From: a bacterium
GTDB lineage: Bacteria > UBA10199 > 2-02-FULL-50-16 > JAJFLM01
NCBI GenBank assembly: GCA_965216315.1
Contig: CBDCFN010000015.1
Location: forward strand, 96,001 to 160,000
Direction: 5' to 3'
DNA length: 64,000 bases
The notes beneath the pieces are model-generated. The model was not told the origin of the DNA, ran no database searches, and worked only from the letters and a program-made list of their open reading frames with translations. Position numbers and translations under genes: made by a program. This document shows, piece by piece, positions 58,684-64,000 of the stretch; position 1 is the stretch's first letter; each line of letters opens with the position of its first letter.

Positions 58684-58692
58684 GGTCCCGAT

Positions 58693-59607
58693 ATGTACAG
58701 CTCTCTCGCAGTAATAAATAGCGCGGCGCTAAGCGGGTCGCTGGTCCTCGCGTCGGGGAGTTACCCTCCGGCCCCCGAAACCCCTCATTCCAATTCGAGT
58801 CCCGTCGATGTCTTTGCCACAACGTTTCCCGGCCACGCGCTGGGGCCCTTCACTACTACCGTACGTTATCCACAGCTCCGCGAGGATATGCCCGTGTTGG
58901 AGCCTGAGGGTGGAGAAAGCGCTTTAATCGCACTGGGTCTCTTCGCCGAAGTCGGTGCTTGTTTCTATTTTGCATCGAATGGAACATTGCTTTCTCCATT
59001 ATTAGCTGTTTCCTTAACCGCTTTTGCCGCAACTGTGTTTGTTGGAAGCCGTGTGTTAGGAAAACTAGTTGAACGCTATCTAGACCATATCCGCTCCGAC
59101 CAAGATCCACAGAGTCAAGAGTTTCAACAGGTGGAGTCAAGATTAGCGGGGCTCTATCCCGAAACAGAACGTTATCTCAGAATCGGCCCCGGCGTTAAAG
59201 AAAGTGATCGAACTCATTATAAGAAGTGGCGGCAGGATATTTCTGAGGCCATCCTACAGCTCAAACATATTCGCCAACGAGACCCGATGCGCATCCTTAA
59301 ATGGCTACCTCCCGGCTGGGCCATTCGATTCTTCTTATATTTAGATAACAGCCGTGAGGCTCCTATTTATAAACATGAACTAATGACGCAAGTCATCGAG
59401 GCCCATGAGAATAGACTCGCACAAATTCCGCTTGAACTCTCAGACTTCTACAGCGCCTTCCGGGGCCGCGTTCACTCTCGTCTCCACTTTGGTGACCTTA
59501 TCCCGGATAGCCAAGAGAAATTAGAAGCAGAAGCGGAACTCGCTGAAGCTGAATTGGCGGGAATAGAAGCGGACGATCGGAAGGCAATCTACGACCCAGA
59601 CGACTAG
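58693..59607 (+). CDS. Hypothetical membrane protein (two hydrophobic helices)
   Basis: 304-aa ORF, Ser/Ala/Leu leader, Pro-rich linker, hydrophobic hairpin around aa 77-122. Confidence 0.65.
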   Translation: MYSSLAVINSAALSGSLVLASGSYPPAPETPHSNSSPVDVFATTFPGHALGPFTTTVRYPQLREDMPVLEPEGGESALIALGLFAEVGACFYFASNGTLLSPLLAVSLTAFAATVFVGSRVLGKLVERYLDHIRSDQDPQSQEFQQVESRLAGLYPETERYLRIGPGVKESDRTHYKKWRQDISEAILQLKHIRQRDPMRILKWLPPGWAIRFFLYLDNSREAPIYKHELMTQVIEAHENRLAQIPLELSDFYSAFRGRVHSRLHFGDLIPDSQEKLEAEAELAEAELAGIEADDRKAIYDPDD

Positions 59608-60356
59608 CCTTGTGCGTGAAACTCAGCCTCAATCACATCGTGACATTGCTGCGCGAGCTTTTCCGCTGCAGCCATCACTTGATCGGCAGGAATTCTTTCG
59701 ACGGGAATGGGCGGTAGAATCTTGAGCGACATCCGTGATCTCCGACTGAGTACGACCGAATGTTTAGGCAACGCGTTGCGACTCCCGTTGATTACCATGG
59801 GCAAGATGGGCGAGCCGGTTTCCAACGCGGCTCGAAAAGCCCCAATCTTAAAGGGGGCCATCGCCCCATCTTTTGACCGGGTTCCTTCGGGAAAAAAAAC
59901 TACCGAGGAGCCTTTATTGAGCCAATCTCGGCATTCGGCCAAGCACTTTTCTCGACTCGCCGCATCCCCGCGTTCAATGCCGACATACTTGTTCAGCCAC
60001 ATGTTCCAGCCAAGCAGCGGTGCTTTAAACATGGATTTTTTGCTCACCCATTTGAAGTGTAGAAACGATTTATAGATGACAAGGATATCCACCATCGATT
60101 GATGGTTGGAAACCATGACGTAGGCCTGTTTACGATCGACGTGTTCTTTACCGCTGACCTTGACCCACCAGAACGGACTGACCCAGATATAGAGTGTCGA
60201 CCAAAAACAAGAATACTGGTGCAAAACACGCAAATTTCGGTCGAAAGGCGTCGTCAACACGCGAATAACCACGGCCCCTACAAAAAGAAAGATGGAGGTG
60301 ACGACGAAGAAGGTCCAATAAAGGGAACTAAATACGATGCTCCAGAAACGACTCAT
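59604..60356 (-). CDS. plsC: 1-acyl-sn-glycerol-3-phosphate acyltransferase
   Basis: NHQSMVD, FPEGTRS, FKIGAF. Confidence 0.9.
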   Translation of the reverse strand: MSRFWSIVFSSLYWTFFVVTSIFLFVGAVVIRVLTTPFDRNLRVLHQYSCFWSTLYIWVSPFWWVKVSGKEHVDRKQAYVMVSNHQSMVDILVIYKSFLHFKWVSKKSMFKAPLLGWNMWLNKYVGIERGDAASREKCLAECRDWLNKGSSVVFFPEGTRSKDGAMAPFKIGAFRAALETGSPILPMVINGSRNALPKHSVVLSRRSRMSLKILPPIPVERIPADQVMAAAEKLAQQCHDVIEAEFHAQG

Positions 60357-60362
60357 TCTGTC

Positions 60363-62810
60363 TTAATTCCGCAGCGGCTTCCCTTTCGTCAACATATACT
60401 GCATCCGCTCTTGCGTTTTTTGCATCCCGAGTAGCTCAAGAAAACATTCACGCTCTAAGTCAAGCAGGTCTTGCTCTGTCACATAGCTTACCTGGCGATT
60501 CCCCCCGGTCAACACACGTGCAAGGCGCTTGGCGACTTCACCGTCATGTTCGGAAATATCCCCTTTGGTGATAAAGTCCCGAACCGCTGATTGCAGGGCC
60601 ATCTGGCCACCGATGCCGGCCACCATGATATCCTCCCGAGGCTCAGGAACCGTATAGTCCTTCGTCATTTCAAGCACACGCTCCTTAGCGTCTTGCAAGT
60701 GACGATCACCTGACATGCTGACCTGATCTGCGGGAAGGAAATAGTAGAAGTCCTGGGCTTCTTTGGCTGAGGTGGCCACCTTGGCAAAGGCAATCGTCTG
60801 GAAGGCAAATTGCGCCTTCTGGAAGGGACCTCCGTCCGGGATTTTGTGCCACCAGCTCTTACCGACGGGGAACTTGCGATTTTTATGGAGCATTGCTTGT
60901 TCGGCACGTAGCACCATTTCTTTGCAGCCCCCACCGCCTGGAATGAGTCCGACCCCGACCTCCACCAAGCCAAAATAAGTCTCGGCCTGGGCTTGAATAC
61001 GATCGGCGCCTAAGCAAACCTCCGCACCGCCACCCAAGGCCATTTGGTGAGGCGCCGCCACGACAGGTTTCTTACTATAACGCAGTCCCATGCAGGCCTT
61101 TTGAAAGGCATCGACCACCTGTTCAATTTTTTTCCAGTTTTGCTGCTGGGCCTCCAACCAAATCAACATGAGGTTGGCACCGACACTAAAGTTGGAACCC
61201 CGGTTGTAGATGACCATGCCTTCAAAGTTACGCTCTACTTCAGAAACCGATTGAACCATCAGCTCCGTTATCCCATCATCGATCGCATTCATCTTGGAGT
61301 GGAACTCAAGACACGCCACTCCATCGCCAAGATCCCACAATGACGCCGAAGCATTTTTCAAGACAGCTTTCTTCGCGGTTTCCTTGACAACATCAAGGCG
61401 GACAATGCCTTCGCGGACCGGAACCAGCAGGTAGCTACTCTTTTCGATGTCAAAATAGAGGCTCTTAACACCCTCTTTTTTGTAGAAGGTGCCATCCCCC
61501 TTTTCGAGGACTTTTTTAACCAATTCAGGAACGGGAATATTCTCGGCTTCAAGACGCTTAGCAATCTCGGCCACTCCCAGAGCATCCCATAATTCAAAGG
61601 GGCCAATTTCCCAATTGAATCCCCACTTAAGCGCATTATCAACATTGACGATGTCATCCGCTATCTCCGGAACGCGATTGGCCGCATAGACCAGAGTATC
61701 ACGGGTCGCCGACCATGCGAGCGCACCGGCACGATCATCGGCACCAATCAGAAATTTGATGCGCTTACCAACATTTTTGATCGACTTAGCCTCTTTGAGC
61801 GAAGCAAACTTGGGTTTCTTAATCGGAACATATTCCATCGTTTTGAGATCCAATTGCAGGATCTTCCGCTTACCCTCGGCATCCTTGGTCTTCTGATAAA
61901 AGCCTTTTTTGGCTTTATTGCCTAAGAGCCCTTTTTCAACGATCTTCTCCAACACCGGCTGCTTGAACACCTCACGCTGTTCATCTTGGGTACAGCTCTC
62001 AAAGGTATTGACCGCCACATGAGCCAGCGTATCGATGCCAACAAGGTCACCCGTGCGAAAGGTTGCTGATTTCGGGCGCCCGACCGGCTTACCGAGTACC
62101 GCGTCCACTTCCTCGACCGTATAGCCTTCAGCAATAGCCGTCTTGATCGTGGCACAGAATCCGTGCACGGCAATCCGGTTGCCGATAAAATTCGGCGTAT
62201 CTTTGGCATAGACCACGCCCTTGCCGAGCGTGTTTTCCATAAAGTCCGCTATTGTCTCCAAGGCTTCCGGATCCGTTTCCGGGCTCGAAACAATTTCTAA
62301 GAGTTTCATGTAACGAACAGGGTTGAAAAAATGCGTCACCAAAAAGTTCTTCTTAAATTGCTCCGAACGTCCTTCTGACATCTGACTCAATGGCAGACCC
62401 GATGTATTCGAAGTCACAATGGCATTCGCATTGAGATGCGGTTCGAGTTTGGCAAACAGGCTTTGCTTAATATCCAAACGCTCCAGGACAACTTCAACAA
62501 TCCAATCACATTCCTTGACCTTCTCTAAATCATCATCAAAATTGCCGACCGTGATGAGCTTGAGGTCTTTCTTGGAATAGATCAGGGACGGCTTGCTCTT
62601 CTTGAGGCCTTCGATAGCTCCGAGTGCAAACTTGTTGCGGAATTTCGGGCTATCCTCTTTAAGTCCCGCCGCCTTATCCTCATCCGTAAACTGTGGTGGG
62701 ACGATATCCAACAGGTAGACGGGGATGCCGGCTCCGGCCACTACCGCGGCTATGCCGCGTCCCATCACGCCGGCCCCAAGGACCGCCACTTTTTTGATTT
62801 CGCGTGCCAT
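60363..62810 (-). CDS. 3-hydroxyacyl-CoA dehydrogenase/enoyl-CoA hydratase (FadN-like)
   Basis: GAGVMG, SNTSG, HFFNP, KDTPNFIGNR; C-terminal crotonase GANL, LGGGAE, GLIPGGGG. Confidence 0.93.
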   Translation of the reverse strand: MAREIKKVAVLGAGVMGRGIAAVVAGAGIPVYLLDIVPPQFTDEDKAAGLKEDSPKFRNKFALGAIEGLKKSKPSLIYSKKDLKLITVGNFDDDLEKVKECDWIVEVVLERLDIKQSLFAKLEPHLNANAIVTSNTSGLPLSQMSEGRSEQFKKNFLVTHFFNPVRYMKLLEIVSSPETDPEALETIADFMENTLGKGVVYAKDTPNFIGNRIAVHGFCATIKTAIAEGYTVEEVDAVLGKPVGRPKSATFRTGDLVGIDTLAHVAVNTFESCTQDEQREVFKQPVLEKIVEKGLLGNKAKKGFYQKTKDAEGKRKILQLDLKTMEYVPIKKPKFASLKEAKSIKNVGKRIKFLIGADDRAGALAWSATRDTLVYAANRVPEIADDIVNVDNALKWGFNWEIGPFELWDALGVAEIAKRLEAENIPVPELVKKVLEKGDGTFYKKEGVKSLYFDIEKSSYLLVPVREGIVRLDVVKETAKKAVLKNASASLWDLGDGVACLEFHSKMNAIDDGITELMVQSVSEVERNFEGMVIYNRGSNFSVGANLMLIWLEAQQQNWKKIEQVVDAFQKACMGLRYSKKPVVAAPHQMALGGGAEVCLGADRIQAQAETYFGLVEVGVGLIPGGGGCKEMVLRAEQAMLHKNRKFPVGKSWWHKIPDGGPFQKAQFAFQTIAFAKVATSAKEAQDFYYFLPADQVSMSGDRHLQDAKERVLEMTKDYTVPEPREDIMVAGIGGQMALQSAVRDFITKGDISEHDGEVAKRLARVLTGGNRQVSYVTEQDLLDLERECFLELLGMQKTQERMQYMLTKGKPLRN

Positions 62811-62824
62811 ATTTACACTCCGTA

Positions 62825-63985
62825 TTAATTCAATAATTCAATGACCGTCGCGGCACCTTGTCCGCCACCGATACACATCGTTTCAACACCAATCGTCTTA
62901 CCTGCCTGTTTGAGGTCATTGATTAATGTCGCCATGATGCGTGCGCCGCTGCACCCTAGGGGGTGACCTAACGCAATCGCACCGCCGTGCGGATTGAGCT
63001 TTTCTTCAGGAATGCCTAGTTCACGGATAACTGCGAGTGATTGTGCCGCAAAGGCCTCGTTGAGCTCGAAGATGTCGACATCGCTGATTTTCATGCCGGC
63101 ACGCTTCAACACTTTTTGCACCGCGGGTATCGGGCCGATTCCCATGTACTCAGGATCAACTCCCGCAACGGCCATCGCTCGGATCTTGGCCAAGGGCTTG
63201 ATGCCCAAGGCCTTGGCCTTGGAAGCACTCATCACAATAACGGCCGCGGCACCGTCAGTCAGGGGAGAGCTGTTACCCGCCGTCACGGAACCATCTTTTT
63301 TGAAGGCCGGTTTGAGCGTCGCTAGCTTTTCAAGCGTGGTCCCCGGGCGTATATTTTCATCTTTGTCGAGAGTAACTGTTTTACCGTCGGGCAAGGGTAT
63401 TTCAATAGGAAGCATTTCATCCCGAAACAAACCTTTTTCCGTCGCCGTCGCTGCGCGTTGATGGGATTGCATCGCAAACTTATCCATGTCTTCTCGGCTG
63501 ATGTTGTACTTGGCCGCAACGTTTTCAGCCGTGATCCCCATCGACACATAAGCATCCGGCATTCCGGATTCCATTAACAACGGATTCAAGCTCGGGTTGA
63601 ACCCACCCATTGGTACATGGGTCATTGACTCAATTCCACCACTCACAAAAATTTCGCCATTACCCACCATGACATTAAGGGCCGCATCATTGATGGCCTG
63701 CAGACCCGAAGCACAGAAACGATTGAGCGTAAACGCCGACGCGGTGTTCGGAACACCGGCCAGAAAACTAATATTACGCGCCACGTTCATGCCTTGTTCC
63801 CCTTCAGGCATCGCACAACCGATAATCACGTCCTCGATTTCCTGCGGATCGATCTGAGGGACCCGGCGCAAAGCTTCTTTGACAACCATACCCCCCACAT
63901 CATCGATGCGGAGGTTGACGAGTAATCCTTTGTTGGCACGGCCCATCGGACTACGAACAGCTGAGACGATAACGGCTTCTTCCAT
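62825..63985 (-). CDS. fadA: Acetyl-CoA C-acyltransferase (thiolase)
   Basis: NRFCASG, NEAFA, GHPLGCSG, MCIGGGQG. Confidence 0.93.
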   Translation of the reverse strand: MEEAVIVSAVRSPMGRANKGLLVNLRIDDVGGMVVKEALRRVPQIDPQEIEDVIIGCAMPEGEQGMNVARNISFLAGVPNTASAFTLNRFCASGLQAINDAALNVMVGNGEIFVSGGIESMTHVPMGGFNPSLNPLLMESGMPDAYVSMGITAENVAAKYNISREDMDKFAMQSHQRAATATEKGLFRDEMLPIEIPLPDGKTVTLDKDENIRPGTTLEKLATLKPAFKKDGSVTAGNSSPLTDGAAAVIVMSASKAKALGIKPLAKIRAMAVAGVDPEYMGIGPIPAVQKVLKRAGMKISDVDIFELNEAFAAQSLAVIRELGIPEEKLNPHGGAIALGHPLGCSGARIMATLINDLKQAGKTIGVETMCIGGGQGAATVIELLN

Positions 63986-64000
63986 AATGAATCTCCTTAC

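Overview
This is a ~50% GC bacterial chromosomal window of deltaproteobacterial type, inferred from the mfd-PPIase-surA-pdxA and rpmE-prfA-prmC-murA gene orders, a TIGR02147-type gene and a kinase-TPR-GAF-sigma54 activator. Housekeeping genes (smc, uvrA, mfd, gltA, a rearranged his cluster, bioFAD, proA-rsfS-gpmI-yajQ, plsC, beta-oxidation genes) are interleaved with about a dozen orphan or atypical genes. The main hidden signal is a dispersed candidate regulon. Five orphan or effector-like transcription units share a promoter-like motif CA[A/C]C-N15-[C/G/T]CGAW at exact spacing, and a sixth has a degenerate N16 copy. Six otherwise unrelated proteins share a ~20-aa Ser/Ala/Leu-rich leader lacking K/R/D/E and ending in LA[A/S]. 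A second set of three orphans, including a 1383-aa TPR/ParB/kinase toxin-like protein, sits behind consensus sigma54 promoters. Small palindromic elements occur in frame in prmC, between hisD and hisB, and beside a duplicated hisF 5' end. No rRNA, tRNA, CRISPR array, transposase or prophage was recognised. All assignments come from manual motif recognition, without database searches.
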